A stretch of DNA of 53,084 nucleotides from positions 1 through 53,084 of the forward strand of contig JAUQOS010000004.1 of assembly GCA_030550775.1 (NCBI GenBank), written 5' to 3'. Source of the stretch: Armatimonadota bacterium. Its GTDB lineage: Bacteria > Armatimonadota > Fimbriimonadia > Fimbriimonadales > GBS-DC. Below are positions 1 through 10,917 of the stretch, piece by piece. The position numbers and the translations under genes were made by a program. Position 1 is the first letter of the stretch, and every line of letters starts with the position of its first letter. The notes below the pieces were generated by a model. That model was not told where the DNA came from and did not search any database. It worked only from the letters and a program-made list of their open reading frames with translations.

Positions 1-780
1 GGCGCGTTCACCTCCGTAGTGGGCGATGGGGGCATCACGATTGCCAGGCACTTGGATATTGCTGTTACTACGGGCAACAGCTACACGGTTGCGACTGCCA
101 TAGAAGCAGCGGTGTTAGGCGCGCAGAAAATGGGGATTGATATCGCCGACACCACAGTCGCAGTGGTGGGCGCAACAGGTTCCATTGGGCGAACCTGTGC
201 CGAAGCATTAGCCCCTCAAGCCAGAGAAATGCTGCTTCTGGGGCGCGACGAGGCACGCTTGGCACCTGTTGCCGAGCAGTTGCGTTCTGTTGCGCGTGGC
301 ACGGTGCGAGTTTCCACCGACCTTTCACGCGATTTGCCCACTGCCGATGTGGTGATTACCGTCACCAGCGCGGTGGATGCGATTATCTATCCACGCGATC
401 TCAAATCGGGCGCGGTGGTGGTGGATGTGGCACGCCCGCGCGATGTGTCCGTGCGCGTTGCTCGCGAACGCGACGATGTGCTGGTGATTGAAGGCGGGTT
501 GGTAGAGGTGCCCGGCGAGGTGGATTTCGGTTTTGACTTCGGCTTTCCGCCTCGCATGGCTTACGCATGCATGTCGGAAACGATGATGCTGGCGCTGGAG
601 GGGCGCATAGAAAACTTCACATTGGGTAAGGATGTAAGCTTAGAACAAGTGCGAATCACCCAAGAGCTGGCGCGCAAGCATGGTTTCCGCTTAGCGGGCT
701 TCCGCAGCTTCGAACGCGCCATCACCGACGAGGAAATCGCGGCGATTCGAGCACGCGCCAAACGCGTGGTAACAGTGTAG
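1..780 (+). CDS. NAD(P)-binding dehydrogenase, COG5322-type / acyl-ACP-reductase-like (5' truncated by window)
   Basis: Frame is open from base 1 ([11 protein letters not shown]). TTGNSYT motif, Rossmann [16 protein letters not shown] and YACMSE Cys motif resemble the cyanobacterial acyl-ACP reductase family. Confidence 0.7.
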   Translation, partial: GAFTSVVGDGGITIARHLDIAVTTGNSYTVATAIEAAVLGAQKMGIDIADTTVAVVGATGSIGRTCAEALAPQAREMLLLGRDEARLAPVAEQLRSVARGTVRVSTDLSRDLPTADVVITVTSAVDAIIYPRDLKSGAVVVDVARPRDVSVRVARERDDVLVIEGGLVEVPGEVDFGFDFGFPPRMAYACMSETMMLALEGRIENFTLGKDVSLEQVRITQELARKHGFRLAGFRSFERAITDEEIAAIRARAKRVVTV

Positions 781-839
781 GTATCCTCACTCCTAAAGAG
801 CCCGCGAACCACTGCCAAAATTCCGCGTGGAGGCGGAAC

Positions 840-3281
840 ATGCGCTGGTTTCATTCACTCGTTTTTCGACTATGCGTGTCTGTCGGACTGGCAGTGGCGC
901 TGGCGTTAGCCCTCAACAGCTGGCTGCTCTACACCGCTGCGCGCAACCAACTCATTGCCCATGCGCAGCAATCAGGACAACAAGCCACTCAACGCGCAGC
1001 GCAACAGATGGATTACTATCTCCTACAGTTTGGAAATGTGCCCGTCGTGATGACATCCCACCAACTCGCATATGGACGCGATCCCAACCCAAAAGTCGAA
1101 CAGTTCCTTGCGGACCTGCTCAGTGCCCTGCCGAAGGAGGTCATCGCCGTTTACTATGCCTACGAACATCGTCACCCACCCGACCCCCTGTGCTCACCAA
1201 CGGTCACACGCGACTCCTACCCCAAACTATCGCCTAGCGATGCCGATTATGACCACCACGATGCCCATCAAGAGTGGTATCACAAACCCAAAAATACGGG
1301 CAAACTAAGTATTACAGAACCGTATTATGACGAGGGCTCGGTCAACGCATCAATGGTGAGCATCACCTATCCGATGTACGATAAGCAAGGCAAGTTCTTC
1401 GGGGTAGCGGGCTTGGACATAACTTTGGATGGCTTAGTGAAGGCGACCGACCAAGCGCGGATTTTGGAACCACAGTACCAAAAACACGAGTTCGCGATGT
1501 TAGTCAGCGAGCAGGGGCTTTTGGTGGCACATCCGAACCAGGAGTTATTGCCCCGCAAGGGCTTTGCGGGCACTCGGTTTAGTGAGTTACCAGAAAGCGC
1601 AATTGTTGGAGACTCCGCGCGCGGAATGCGACGCGCCGTAATCCACGGTGTTCCTCGTTATCTGTTTTGGGATACGATTCCAGTTGCCAACTGGCGTCTG
1701 ATTATGTGTGTGGACGAGTCGGCGATCTTAGCGCCGCTGGCACCGCTGCGCACGCGCGCATTGGTGACGACGCTGATTGCCATCGGGCTAATGGCAGTGC
1801 TGGTCAGTAGCGTAACCTACCGTGCGCTCGCCCCGCTCCGACAGATGACCGCGTGGGCGAAACAAGCCAGCGAGGCGCGGGGTGACCTCACGCAACGGTT
1901 ACCAATCCAGCGCGCCGATGAGCTGGGTGAGTTCGCCACCTATTTTAATCGCTTTATGGAACGGCTTCAGCAAATGGTGTTGCAGTTGCGTGGGGCTGTC
2001 ACCAACGTTGTGAACATCGTGCACCAAACGCAGTTCACCAGCAATCAGGTAGCGGCTGCGGCAGGCGAAGTGCTCCAGTTAGCTGAACGCACTCAAAGCA
2101 CCAGCCAAGCGTTCCGTGCTGACTTGAGCCAGAAAGCCACCGTGTTGGAACAGCTGCAGCATGTGATGCTGGTAGTGGTGCGGCACGCTCGCGAGACGGC
2201 GAATTTAGTAGGGCAGAGTGCCCAAGTGCTTCAAGAAGTGCAGCGCGTGGTAGGAGAGGTCGCCCAAGGCGCAGAACAGACCGCGCACGCTGCGACGCAA
2301 GGAATGGCAGCCGTACAAGAAGTGGGGCAAAGCCTGCAGCAAGCCACCGCGCAGATGCAACTCGCCTCTGCGCAAACGGAACGGGTTGCGCAGGCAGCAA
2401 GCGAAGGAGTCCAAGCCCTGCATGAGTCGGCAGAAGCCGTGCGGCAGATCCAGCGCGATGTGCAACAGGTAGGACAAGAGTTGGAATCGCTGGCGGCGAT
2501 GTCGGCGTCAGTGGGCGAAATTGTGCGCACTATTGAGGAGATTGCCCGCCAAACGAACTTGTTGGCACTCAACGCCGCCATTGAGGCTGCGCGTGCAGGC
2601 GAGGCGGGACGCGGCTTTGCAGTGGTGGCGGAGGAAGTGCGACTCTTAGCCGCACGGAGTGCCCACGCCACACGCGATATCCAACAGATCATCCAGCAAG
2701 TTTTACAGCGGATCGAAGGGGCAAAACACGCCCTTCAGACAACCTTGCACTCGGTAGACGCAGGCGTGGCGCAAGCCCAAGCTGTGCAAGCACGCCTCGA
2801 ACAAGTGCTCAGTGCCGTGCAAGCGATTGATTACCAAGTGCGCGAACTTACGCAACTTATGCAGCAAGTTGCACGAAACAGCCACGCAACTACTGAACGA
2901 ATCGAGGGAATCGCCACGATTGCCGAACAAACCAGTGCAGCCATGCAAGAGATGAGCGCGGAGATCGGCACCGTCGGGCAGAGTATGGCGCAGGTTGCAG
3001 CCTTAGCAGAACAATCGCGCCAGCAAGCTGACGCTCTGGCACAGCAGGGACAGCAAGTCGCTCAAGCGATACGCCAAGCGGTAGATGCCAGTACCTTCAT
3101 CGTGCAGCAGGCAGTGGCTTCTGCACAGGCTGCCACAACGCAAACGCAGTTGCTGCAGCAAGTGCAACAACAGATGGAGCAGCTAAGCGAGGTTGCGCAC
3201 GAGTTGGCGCAGATTGTGCAGATGTTCACCCTGGAGGCTGCGGAAACTTCAGACAGGACAACCCTGCCACGCGCTGCATAG
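840..3281 (+). CDS. Methyl-accepting chemotaxis protein (dCache-like sensor, HAMP, long MA domain)
   Basis: Two TM segments; Cache motifs WY..PK, TEPYYD, GVAGLDI; HAMP GDLT..L...RADELG; signalling tip [34 protein letters not shown]. Confidence 0.95.
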   Translation: MRWFHSLVFRLCVSVGLAVALALALNSWLLYTAARNQLIAHAQQSGQQATQRAAQQMDYYLLQFGNVPVVMTSHQLAYGRDPNPKVEQFLADLLSALPKEVIAVYYAYEHRHPPDPLCSPTVTRDSYPKLSPSDADYDHHDAHQEWYHKPKNTGKLSITEPYYDEGSVNASMVSITYPMYDKQGKFFGVAGLDITLDGLVKATDQARILEPQYQKHEFAMLVSEQGLLVAHPNQELLPRKGFAGTRFSELPESAIVGDSARGMRRAVIHGVPRYLFWDTIPVANWRLIMCVDESAILAPLAPLRTRALVTTLIAIGLMAVLVSSVTYRALAPLRQMTAWAKQASEARGDLTQRLPIQRADELGEFATYFNRFMERLQQMVLQLRGAVTNVVNIVHQTQFTSNQVAAAAGEVLQLAERTQSTSQAFRADLSQKATVLEQLQHVMLVVVRHARETANLVGQSAQVLQEVQRVVGEVAQGAEQTAHAATQGMAAVQEVGQSLQQATAQMQLASAQTERVAQAASEGVQALHESAEAVRQIQRDVQQVGQELESLAAMSASVGEIVRTIEEIARQTNLLALNAAIEAARAGEAGRGFAVVAEEVRLLAARSAHATRDIQQIIQQVLQRIEGAKHALQTTLHSVDAGVAQAQAVQARLEQVLSAVQAIDYQVRELTQLMQQVARNSHATTERIEGIATIAEQTSAAMQEMSAEIGTVGQSMAQVAALAEQSRQQADALAQQGQQVAQAIRQAVDASTFIVQQAVASAQAATTQTQLLQQVQQQMEQLSEVAHELAQIVQMFTLEAAETSDRTTLPRAA

Positions 3282-3296
3282 GGCATAACACGCGTA

Positions 3297-3369
3297 AGGT
3301 TCCTCGCCTTCGGCTCGGAAGGATAGCACCTACCTAAATCCCCCATGCTCCGAGCGCAGCGAGGAATCT
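3297..3369. repeat. REP-like palindrome pair (GTCATTCCGAGCGCAGCGAGGAATCT family)
   Basis: AGGTTCCTCGCCTTCGGCTCGGAAGGATA and CTCCGAGCGCAGCGAGGAATCT in inverted orientation; the family recurs at ~12025, 13215, 18633 and 23692. Confidence 0.75.
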
Positions 3370-3399
3370 CCCGCTCAAAACCGATAGATTGCAACGAAG

Positions 3400-3431
3400 A
3401 ATGAAGGCGGGGGCTGCCCCCCGCCTTCGTT
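3400..3431. terminator. Hairpin between convergent genes, probable intrinsic terminator
   Basis: AATGAAGGCGGGGG-ctgc-CCCCCGCCTTCGTT inverted repeat. Confidence 0.65.
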
Positions 3432-3460
3432 GTTGCCTTCCGTAGCCCCTTGCACCGGCA

Positions 3461-4501
3461 TTAGCTTTGCAGATTGAGCACAGGGTTCCACCACGCTTGG
3501 AACTGCTGCAACATCGCCTGGGCTTGCGCCTCATCCACCGTGGTGGGATCTATGGCTGCCAGCGACGGGGGAATTTCGCCTGCAAACACCAGCACATCGC
3601 CCCCGCTGGCACTGGGCGCGATGACGGTGATGCTCAGCGTGGGCTGGCTGGGATACAGAGCGTAGAAGGCGCGCGCCAACGCCAGCGCCTCTTGCAGAAT
3701 GCGCCCTTTGCTCAGCACACCCGACTGGATACGGGTACGCGCCATCCATCGCCCCGTTGCGGGGTCATAAGCACACCACACGGGCGTGCCGTTGAGCCGC
3801 TGGCTGAGTTTTTGCGCCAGCTCTGCCTCCACCGCGCTCATTCCAGCAAACCCAACGATGGGTGGGGCAGGCGGCGCGGACGCGGCTGGCTCAGGCGTGG
3901 GCGACGGCGGTGGGATGCGCACTGGCTCTGCAGCGGGCGCAGCGGCAACAGCGGCTTTGGTGGCTTGGGCAGGTTGGGCAGCTTGCTCGCGAATTGCCTG
4001 CATACGTGCCCCGCCGATAAACGCCGCACCAATCACAATCATCGCTAACAGCCCATATAGCCCATACACCAGTGCTTTCGGCTTGGCAGCGGGCTTTGGC
4101 TCAGGCGCAGGCGGCGGCGGTGCGATTTGCGCGGCATGCATCGCCCGCAATTGATGTAGCTTGGCATTATACTGCACATTCGTCGGCGCTAACTCCACCA
4201 GCAACTCATACCACTGAATGGCGTCCTCTAGCTTGCCCTGATCAGCATAAATATCACCCAACAGCGCGTGCACCGTTTCATTACTGGGAAACCGCCCCAA
4301 AATGCGGCGGCACACTTCAATAGCTTCCTCATACTTGCCCTGAATGCGCAGCAGGTTCGCTCGCGCCAGTTCGGGGTAAATCTCGCGGTCAGAGCCCTCC
4401 GCGTACAGCGGGTCAACTGTATCGTCTTTCAGGCGCGAGCCGCATTCCAAGCAAAACACGCTATTATCAGGTATCTCGGCAAAACATTTCGTGCAAATCA
4501 T
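3461..4501 (-). CDS. Zinc-ribbon + TPR membrane-anchored protein
   Basis: Start reassigned to ATG 4501 (MICTKC..FCLECG zinc ribbon, GGAGG upstream); TPR-like helices, Pro-rich linker, one TM helix, C-terminal domain. Confidence 0.8.
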   Translation of the reverse strand: MICTKCFAEIPDNSVFCLECGSRLKDDTVDPLYAEGSDREIYPELARANLLRIQGKYEEAIEVCRRILGRFPSNETVHALLGDIYADQGKLEDAIQWYELLVELAPTNVQYNAKLHQLRAMHAAQIAPPPPAPEPKPAAKPKALVYGLYGLLAMIVIGAAFIGGARMQAIREQAAQPAQATKAAVAAAPAAEPVRIPPPSPTPEPAASAPPAPPIVGFAGMSAVEAELAQKLSQRLNGTPVWCAYDPATGRWMARTRIQSGVLSKGRILQEALALARAFYALYPSQPTLSITVIAPSASGGDVLVFAGEIPPSLAAIDPTTVDEAQAQAMLQQFQAWWNPVLNLQS

Positions 4502-4616
4502 CGTGCCCGAACTCGCCTCCCTCAGCATACACTCAATTGTCGGCACACTTGCTAACTTTTGTTCCCCAAACTGCCTCTTATGATACCTTTTCAGGTACAA
4601 TCGAGGGGGAATAGCC

Positions 4617-5939
4617 ATGCGACTCATCTGGGCGTTACTGTGGGGGTTATCAGTGTTAGCGGTCGGGGCGCAGACGCCTCGCCCGGTGTATTACATCCAG
4701 TTCAAGGAAATCGTGCATCGCGCGTCGGCGGATTACCTGATGCGGGCGCACGCAGATGCCGTCAAAGCCAACGCTGCCGCGTTTCTGGTGTTGCTGGATA
4801 CGCCCGGCGGCGAGTTGCAAGCCACGCGCGATATTACCACTACCTTGCTGAACAGTTCCATCCCGGTGATTGTATTTGTCTATCCATCAGGTGCGCGGGC
4901 GGGTTCGGCAGGTGTGTTCATTACGGTGTCGGCGAACATCGCGGCGATGGCGCCTGGCACCAACATCGGCGCGGCAACACCCGTCTCGGGCAGTGGCGAA
5001 GATATCCCACAAGACCTCAAACGTAAGGTGATGAACGACACTATCGCCTATGCGAAAACTATCGCCAAGCAGCGCGGGCGCAATGTGGATTGGGTCGTGA
5101 AAGCCGTAACAGAAGCAGCCTCTATTACGGAAACGGAGGCACTCGAAAAGCGTGTGATCGATGTGGTGGCGTTCAGCCCCCAGGAGTTGTTAGCGAAAGT
5201 CGACGGGCGTAAAGTGCAGGTGGCGGACGGGCAGACTGTGGTGCTGCGCGCGCGCAACGCGCCGCTGGTGGAGGTGCCCAAAACCTGGCGCGAGACGCTG
5301 CTGATGTTTTTGGCGCATCCGAATGTGTTTTACATCCTGATGCTGTTAGCAATCTACGGCTTGCTGGGCGAACTGCAAAACCCAGGCGCGACTTTTCCAG
5401 GCGTGATTGGCATTATTGCGTTGCTGTTGGCGCTTTATGCAGCGTCGGTACTGCCCGTGAATGTGTTGGGCATTGCGCTGATTCTGCTGGCGTTTGCGAT
5501 GTTTGTGGCTGAACTGTTCACCTCCTCGCATGGCATTCTCACGGCGGGCGCGTTGGTGTCGTTCACGATCGGCTCAATCATTCTGTTCCAGTCCGATTCG
5601 CCTGTGTTTCGCGTGAGTTTGTGGCTCATCGGTGCGATGACAGTACTTACAGGCGTGCTGTTTGTGTTTGTGGCATATTCTGGCATTCGGGCGCAGTTTC
5701 GTCGCAAGGTTAGCGGGCAGGAACGGCTGATTGGCATGACGGGGCGCGCCCGCACGCGCTTGGACCCTGAAGGCATGGTGTTTGTGGATGGCACGCTGTG
5801 GCGTGCCATCGCGCTAGATCCGCCGATTGAGGAGGGCGAGCTGGTGCAGGTGGATCGCGTGGATGGGCTGACGCTCTATGTGCGGTGGCAGCCCGCGCCT
5901 GCCATGCCTGAGAGTACCGAGCGACGCACTGCCGTCTAA
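4617..5939 (+). CDS. nfeD: NfeD family membrane-bound ClpP-class serine protease (long form)
   Basis: LDTPGG, RAGSAG and MAPGTNIGAATP motifs, TM domain, C-terminal OB fold (G.V.VDG.LWRA). Confidence 0.92.
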   Translation: MRLIWALLWGLSVLAVGAQTPRPVYYIQFKEIVHRASADYLMRAHADAVKANAAAFLVLLDTPGGELQATRDITTTLLNSSIPVIVFVYPSGARAGSAGVFITVSANIAAMAPGTNIGAATPVSGSGEDIPQDLKRKVMNDTIAYAKTIAKQRGRNVDWVVKAVTEAASITETEALEKRVIDVVAFSPQELLAKVDGRKVQVADGQTVVLRARNAPLVEVPKTWRETLLMFLAHPNVFYILMLLAIYGLLGELQNPGATFPGVIGIIALLLALYAASVLPVNVLGIALILLAFAMFVAELFTSSHGILTAGALVSFTIGSIILFQSDSPVFRVSLWLIGAMTVLTGVLFVFVAYSGIRAQFRRKVSGQERLIGMTGRARTRLDPEGMVFVDGTLWRAIALDPPIEEGELVQVDRVDGLTLYVRWQPAPAMPESTERRTAV

Positions 5940-5947
5940 CGCGCCGC

Positions 5948-6787
5948 ATGCTGCGTTTGCGTGTGTTGACCGCGCTGGTGGGCATCCCGCTGATGCTGCT
6001 GGCGATTTTCGCACCGCGAGGGGGACTGTTTGCGGTGGGTCTGAGCTTGCTAGCGTTGGTCGGCTCGTTGGAGTTTTTCCGCGCCTATAGCCACGCCGAT
6101 TGGTTTCCACAAGTGCGTCCAAGCCCGATTCTGCTGCTGGCAGGGGCGAGCCTGCCGATGGCAGCGTGGGCACTTGCCCAAGACGCGCTGGGCGTGGTGT
6201 TGCTCCCTGCGTTCGCAGTGGCGCTGCTATACGAGTTATGGCGGGCATGGCGTGGCAAGTCAGGCGCGCTCGCGCACAACCTCGGCTACGGCTTGCTTGG
6301 CATGCTTTACATCGGCTGGTTGTTCAGCTTTGGTGTACAGCTGCGAGGCGATTACACGCCGATGCCGCTGGGTGTATGGCAGATAGAGCGCGGCGCGTGG
6401 CAGACACTGTGGCTATTTGCAATGCTGTGGGCAGGCGACACAGGAGCATACTTCGTCGGCAGAGCGTTTGGCAAACACAAAATCGCCCCCACGCTCAGCC
6501 CCGCCAAAACGGTGGAAGGTGCCCTGGCGAACCTCGCCCTGTGTCTGGCGGTGGGAGTTTACGGGGGCGTAGCGTTGGGCTTCGCGCCTCTGTGGGCAAC
6601 CCTTGCGGGGCTGGGCGTGGGCATTCTAGGGCAGCTGGGCGATTTATTCGAGTCAGCGCTCAAGCGGTCCGTTGGCGTAAAAGATTTTGGAGGCATCTTG
6701 CCAGGGCACGGCGGCGTGTTGGATCGGTTCGACAGTTTTCTGCTGAGCGTACCGTGGGTGTGGTGGATTACGCAACAGGCAGGATAG
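5948..6787 (+). CDS. cdsA: Phosphatidate cytidylyltransferase
   Basis: DTGAYFVG, SPAKTVEG, GDLFESALKR..GVKDFG.ILPGHGGVLDRFDS. Confidence 0.96.
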   Translation: MLRLRVLTALVGIPLMLLAIFAPRGGLFAVGLSLLALVGSLEFFRAYSHADWFPQVRPSPILLLAGASLPMAAWALAQDALGVVLLPAFAVALLYELWRAWRGKSGALAHNLGYGLLGMLYIGWLFSFGVQLRGDYTPMPLGVWQIERGAWQTLWLFAMLWAGDTGAYFVGRAFGKHKIAPTLSPAKTVEGALANLALCLAVGVYGGVALGFAPLWATLAGLGVGILGQLGDLFESALKRSVGVKDFGGILPGHGGVLDRFDSFLLSVPWVWWITQQAG

Positions 6788-6808
6788 GCACGCCAACGCG
6801 GGGAACAC

Positions 6809-8269
6809 ATGCCTGCGATGAAGCGTTCGACAGTAGCCTACCTGCGCTGGGGCGCGCTTGTGGTGGGTCCGCTGCTTGGTTTGATGCCGTTTGTAATCGC
6901 GCCGCCCCCAGCGCTTAGCCCTGAAGCGTGGCGACTGGTGGGGCTAACGCTGTGGATGGCAGTGTGGTGGTTCTCCGAGTGCGTGCCCATTCCTGCCACG
7001 GCACTATTGCCGCTAGTGTGGATGCCGTTTGCGGGCATTGCCGAAGAAAAACAAGTGGCAGCGCGCTACGCCGACCCGGTGATTTTCTTGTTTTTGGGCG
7101 GTTTCATCATCGCGCAGGGGATGCAGCAGTCGGGCTTGCACGAGCGGATAGCGCTGCGCATCGTGCGCAGCTTGGGGCGCACCCCCGAAGGGATGGTGGC
7201 GGGCTTCATGGCTGCGACCGCGTTCACCTCGATGTGGATCAACAACACCTCCACCACGATGATGATGTTCGCGGTGGCGCTGTCAGTAGCCGAGTGGGTG
7301 CGGAACGCATCTGGAAAGGGCAACGCGCATAATTTCATCTTGGCGCTGATGCTAGGCGTGGCTTATGCAGCATCTATTGGCGGAGTGGGCACACTAATTG
7401 GCACCGCACCAAACGCCCTGCTGGCGGGCTTCCTGCGCGAAAACTACAACTTCAATCTTTCAATGCTCAACTGGCTGAGTGTGGGGCTGCCGTTTGTGGG
7501 GCTGATGCTGCCGTTTACCTGGTGGTGGCTCACGCGCGTGCAGTTCTCGTGCCGCAATCTCAACTTCGCGCCCCTGCTGGAGATGCTAGAAACCCAGACG
7601 AACCGCTCCTCACGGTGGAGTTTGGCAGAAAAGGGCATCGCATGGGTGTTTGGCTACGCGGTGCTCGGTTGGCTGTCGCGCGAATGGTTGGGGCGCGCCA
7701 CCGGGCTTGCGGTTTCCGACGCGTTCATCGCGATGAGCGCAGCGCTGATGCTGTTTGTGCTGCCTGCCAACACCAAGCCCTATAAGCCGATATTAGACTG
7801 GCGTGCCGTCGAAAGCCTGCCGTGGGGGGTGCTGATTTTGTTCGGCGGTGGGCTGGCGTTAGCCAGCGCGTTCGAAAGCACGGGGTTGGCGAAAGTGATA
7901 GGTAATGCAGTGAGCGCGTGGGGCAACCTGCCTGTGTGGGTCGTGGTGTTGGGCGTGGCGACACTGATTATCTTCCTCACCGAGCTGACATCTAACACCG
8001 CTACCACCGCCACCTTCTTACCAATTGTGAGTGCGGCTGCAGTGGGCATGGGCGTTGACCCGCGCCTGCTAGCAATTCCTGTGGCAGTGGGAGCGTCGGC
8101 GGCGTTTATGTTGCCCGTCGCGACGCCCCCCAACGCAATCGTGTTCGCCTCTGGCGAAATCAAAATCAGTGAGATGGCACGCGCAGGGCTTGCGCTCAAC
8201 CTCTACTGCATCATCACCGTAACGCTTCTCACGCTTACCACCGCACGCTGGGGCTTGGGCATTCCGTAG
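6809..8269 (+). CDS. DASS/SLC13 family sodium:dicarboxylate symporter
   Basis: SMWINNT and TELTSNT (SNT-like) motifs, GTLIGTAPN, AFMLPVATPPNAIVF. Confidence 0.93.
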   Translation: MPAMKRSTVAYLRWGALVVGPLLGLMPFVIAPPPALSPEAWRLVGLTLWMAVWWFSECVPIPATALLPLVWMPFAGIAEEKQVAARYADPVIFLFLGGFIIAQGMQQSGLHERIALRIVRSLGRTPEGMVAGFMAATAFTSMWINNTSTTMMMFAVALSVAEWVRNASGKGNAHNFILALMLGVAYAASIGGVGTLIGTAPNALLAGFLRENYNFNLSMLNWLSVGLPFVGLMLPFTWWWLTRVQFSCRNLNFAPLLEMLETQTNRSSRWSLAEKGIAWVFGYAVLGWLSREWLGRATGLAVSDAFIAMSAALMLFVLPANTKPYKPILDWRAVESLPWGVLILFGGGLALASAFESTGLAKVIGNAVSAWGNLPVWVVVLGVATLIIFLTELTSNTATTATFLPIVSAAAVGMGVDPRLLAIPVAVGASAAFMLPVATPPNAIVFASGEIKISEMARAGLALNLYCIITVTLLTLTTARWGLGIP

Positions 8270-8277
8270 CCGTTCGG

Positions 8278-8432
8278 AAAAAAAAACCAGCGACGCTGTC
8301 GAAAGGAGGATCAAAGCCCAGCGCCGCTGACATCTACCGAATTCGCCCTGTTGGTTCACCCTCGCAGGGTGTTCCACCCTAAACAGACTCCAAAACACCC
8401 GCAAACCGGACAGGACTCGCGGGAAAACGGCC
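8278..8432 (-). ncRNA. Candidate small RNA with anti-SD loop and intrinsic terminator
   Basis: No credible ORF. Minus strand has two hairpins, then an 11-bp stem (with a G-U pair) whose loop holds GAUCCUCCUUUC, then 9 U. 5' end uncertain. Confidence 0.5.
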
Positions 8433-8474
8433 ACTGACTTACAAATTGCGACGGATGCACGTCCGCTCGAAACC

Positions 8475-8509
8475 GAAACCGCCCCGTGGGGGACAGACGG
8501 GGCGGTTTC
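8475..8509. terminator. 13-bp hairpin downstream of the E2 gene
   Basis: GAAACCGCCCCGT-N9-ACGGGGCGGTTTC perfect inverted repeat. Confidence 0.7.
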
Positions 8510-8535
8510 TTCGGGGGACGGGTCGGAGAGAAGTC

Positions 8536-9918
8536 TTAGCGGAAGAACTCGAACTCCTCAATCGCGCGCTTGATGCGCTGCAGGAACCGCCCGGCGTACA
8601 TTCCGTCGATGAGCCGGTGGTCATAGCTCAAACACAGGTACATCATGGGGCGGATAGCGATCATGTCGTTAATTGCTACTGGCTGTTTGATGATGGCGTA
8701 GGTTCCCAAAATAGCGGTTTGCGGGTGGTTGATGATGGGTGTGCCGATCAGTGCGCCGTAGCTGCCAGGGTTTGTGAGGGTGAAGGTGGCGCCTTGCACA
8801 TCGGCAAGCCCGATGGTTTTGTTGCGGGCGCGGGTTGCGATATCTTCCAGCTCGCGAGCGATGTCGATGAGCGATTTCTTATGCGCGTCGCGGATAACGG
8901 GTACAATCAGCCCCTCTTCGCCCTTTGCGCCCAGGGCCACTGCCACGCCCATGTGCACATAGTGGCGCACAATAATCTGGTCGTCTTGGAGGGTGGCGTT
9001 CATCATCGGGAACTCCAGCAGTGCGTCGGTACACGCCTTCACGAAGAACGGTGTGTAGGTCAGACGCACCCCATATTGCTGCTGGAACGATTCTTTGTTG
9101 CGCTCGCGGAACTCCACCAGTTTGGACACATCCACTTGGATGACGGTGGTGACATGCACAGCGGTTTGATAGCTCTTGGTGAGGTGTTCCGCGATGGCTT
9201 TGCGCATGCCTACCAGCGGGATGATTTCCTCGCCCTCGCGAGGGGCAGCCGCGACGGGTTGTGGCGCAGGCGCGGCGACGGGTTGCGGTGCGGGCGCGGG
9301 AGGCGGTGTAGGCGGGGCTGCGGGCTGGGGTGCAGGTTTGGGTGCGGCCGCGCGTCGCGCTAAATATGCTTCTACATCCTTGCGGGTAATGCGCCCGCCC
9401 GTGCCTGTGCCTTGAATCGAGAGCAGCTCTTCCATACTCAGCCCGTGCTCTTGGGCGATTTTGCTCACCACGGGCGAGATAAAGGGGCGTCCTGTGCGGG
9501 TTTGTCCGTCGGTGCGCGGGGCGGGTGCAGGCGCAGGAGGGGGTTCTGGCGTAGGCGCGACGGACACTGGCTCGGTCTCAGCCCCATAGAAGCCCACCGC
9601 ACTAACGGGCGGCGGTGCTGATGGTTCAGCCACAGGTTGCGCAGAGGGCGGCTCTGCGGCAGGTTGTTCAGCTGCGCTGGGCTCGGTCTCAATAAACGCC
9701 AACTCTTGCCCCACCTGAACGGTAGCACCTGCGGCTGCCAACACGCGCTGCAACACGCCCGAGGCAGGCGCGGGCAACTCGGTGTTGACCTTGTCGGTCA
9801 TAATCTCCACAATCGGCTCGTCCTCTTGCACTGGCTCGCCCTCTTGCTTGAGCCAGCGCACAATCGTGCCTTCTACGATGCTCTCGCCCAGCTCGGGCAT
9901 AATCACCGCTACCTTCAT
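8536..9918 (-). CDS. 2-oxoacid dehydrogenase E2 (dihydrolipoamide acyltransferase)
   Basis: Lipoyl domain TDKVNTE, E3-binding [13 protein letters not shown], catalytic [14 protein letters not shown] 7 nt before ATG 9918. Confidence 0.95.
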   Translation of the reverse strand: MKVAVIMPELGESIVEGTIVRWLKQEGEPVQEDEPIVEIMTDKVNTELPAPASGVLQRVLAAAGATVQVGQELAFIETEPSAAEQPAAEPPSAQPVAEPSAPPPVSAVGFYGAETEPVSVAPTPEPPPAPAPAPRTDGQTRTGRPFISPVVSKIAQEHGLSMEELLSIQGTGTGGRITRKDVEAYLARRAAAPKPAPQPAAPPTPPPAPAPQPVAAPAPQPVAAAPREGEEIIPLVGMRKAIAEHLTKSYQTAVHVTTVIQVDVSKLVEFRERNKESFQQQYGVRLTYTPFFVKACTDALLEFPMMNATLQDDQIIVRHYVHMGVAVALGAKGEEGLIVPVIRDAHKKSLIDIARELEDIATRARNKTIGLADVQGATFTLTNPGSYGALIGTPIINHPQTAILGTYAIIKQPVAINDMIAIRPMMYLCLSYDHRLIDGMYAGRFLQRIKRAIEEFEFFR

Positions 9919-9930
9919 TGCCACACTCCC

Positions 9931-10917
9931 TCAGTACGCTGCCAGCTCGCGGGCGGCAAACACAATCTCGTCCACACTCGGCAGCACGAATTTTTCTAAT
10001 GGCTCAGCAAAGGGCACAAAGGCATCTTTGGCTGCCACACGCATAATCGGCGCATCCAGCCACTCGAAGTAATGCTCGCTAATACGCGCTGAAATCTCCG
10101 CGCCGATTCCCCCCGTCTTGGGCGCTTCGTGCACAATTAATACCCGACTGGTTTTCTGGAGCGATTCGGCAATCGTATCCATATCCAGCGGTTTGAGTGT
10201 GCGCAGATCAATGACCTCCAGCGAGATACCCTCGCGCTCCAAGCGTTGCGCGGCCTCTAAGGCGAAGTGGACCATCGCACCGTAGGTGATTACGGTAATG
10301 TCGTCGCCGTAGCGGCGGATACGCGCTTCGCCCAGCTTCACGATATAATCCTCGTGGGCTTCGGGGATGGGACCCTTGATGCGCCGATAGAGATACTTGT
10401 GCTCGTAGAACACCACGGGGTTATTGTCGCGGATAGAGGCTTTCATCAAGCCGTAAGCATCGTCGGGGAAGGCAGGCTGCACTACTTTGACGCCGGGCGT
10501 GTGGAAAAACCACGCCTCAAACTGCTGGCTGTGATACAAGCTGCCGCCCACATAACCGCCCGACGGGCCTCGCACCACGATGGGGATTGGCACCTTGCCT
10601 CCCGAACGGTAGAGGTAGGTGCCTGCCACATTCACTACTTGGTCAAAGGCATACGAGATAAAGTCAATAAACTGCATCTCGGCGATGCCGCGTTTGCCCA
10701 CCGCTGCTGCGCCCACGCACACAGCAACAATGGCGGTTTCCGAGATGGGGGCGTCGACCACGCGGTCAGGACCAAAGCGTGCCAGAAAGCCTTCCGTCAC
10801 GCCGAACGCCCCGCCCATGCGCCCGATATCCTCGCCAATGATAAACACATTCGGGTCACGCTCCATCTCTTCCCAGATGGCGAGGCGGATGGCTTCCAAG
10901 AAGGTTACTTCACGCAT
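9931..10917 (-). CDS. 2-oxoacid dehydrogenase E1 beta (BCKDH/PDH type)
   Basis: GEDIG..GGAF.VT.G, DAPISE, EMQFIDF, HSQ, YEHKYLY. Confidence 0.95.
   Translation of the reverse strand: MREVTFLEAIRLAIWEEMERDPNVFIIGEDIGRMGGAFGVTEGFLARFGPDRVVDAPISETAIVAVCVGAAAVGKRGIAEMQFIDFISYAFDQVVNVAGTYLYRSGGKVPIPIVVRGPSGGYVGGSLYHSQQFEAWFFHTPGVKVVQPAFPDDAYGLMKASIRDNNPVVFYEHKYLYRRIKGPIPEAHEDYIVKLGEARIRRYGDDITVITYGAMVHFALEAAQRLEREGISLEVIDLRTLKPLDMDTIAESLQKTSRVLIVHEAPKTGGIGAEISARISEHYFEWLDAPIMRVAAKDAFVPFAEPLEKFVLPSVDEIVFAARELAAY

Noticed and set aside
8446..9363. 305-aa plus-strand ORF and similar antisense ORFs (10267, 17056, 28956, 44343, 47593)
   Set aside because: Antisense shadows of conserved genes in GC-rich DNA, with no recognisable motifs.
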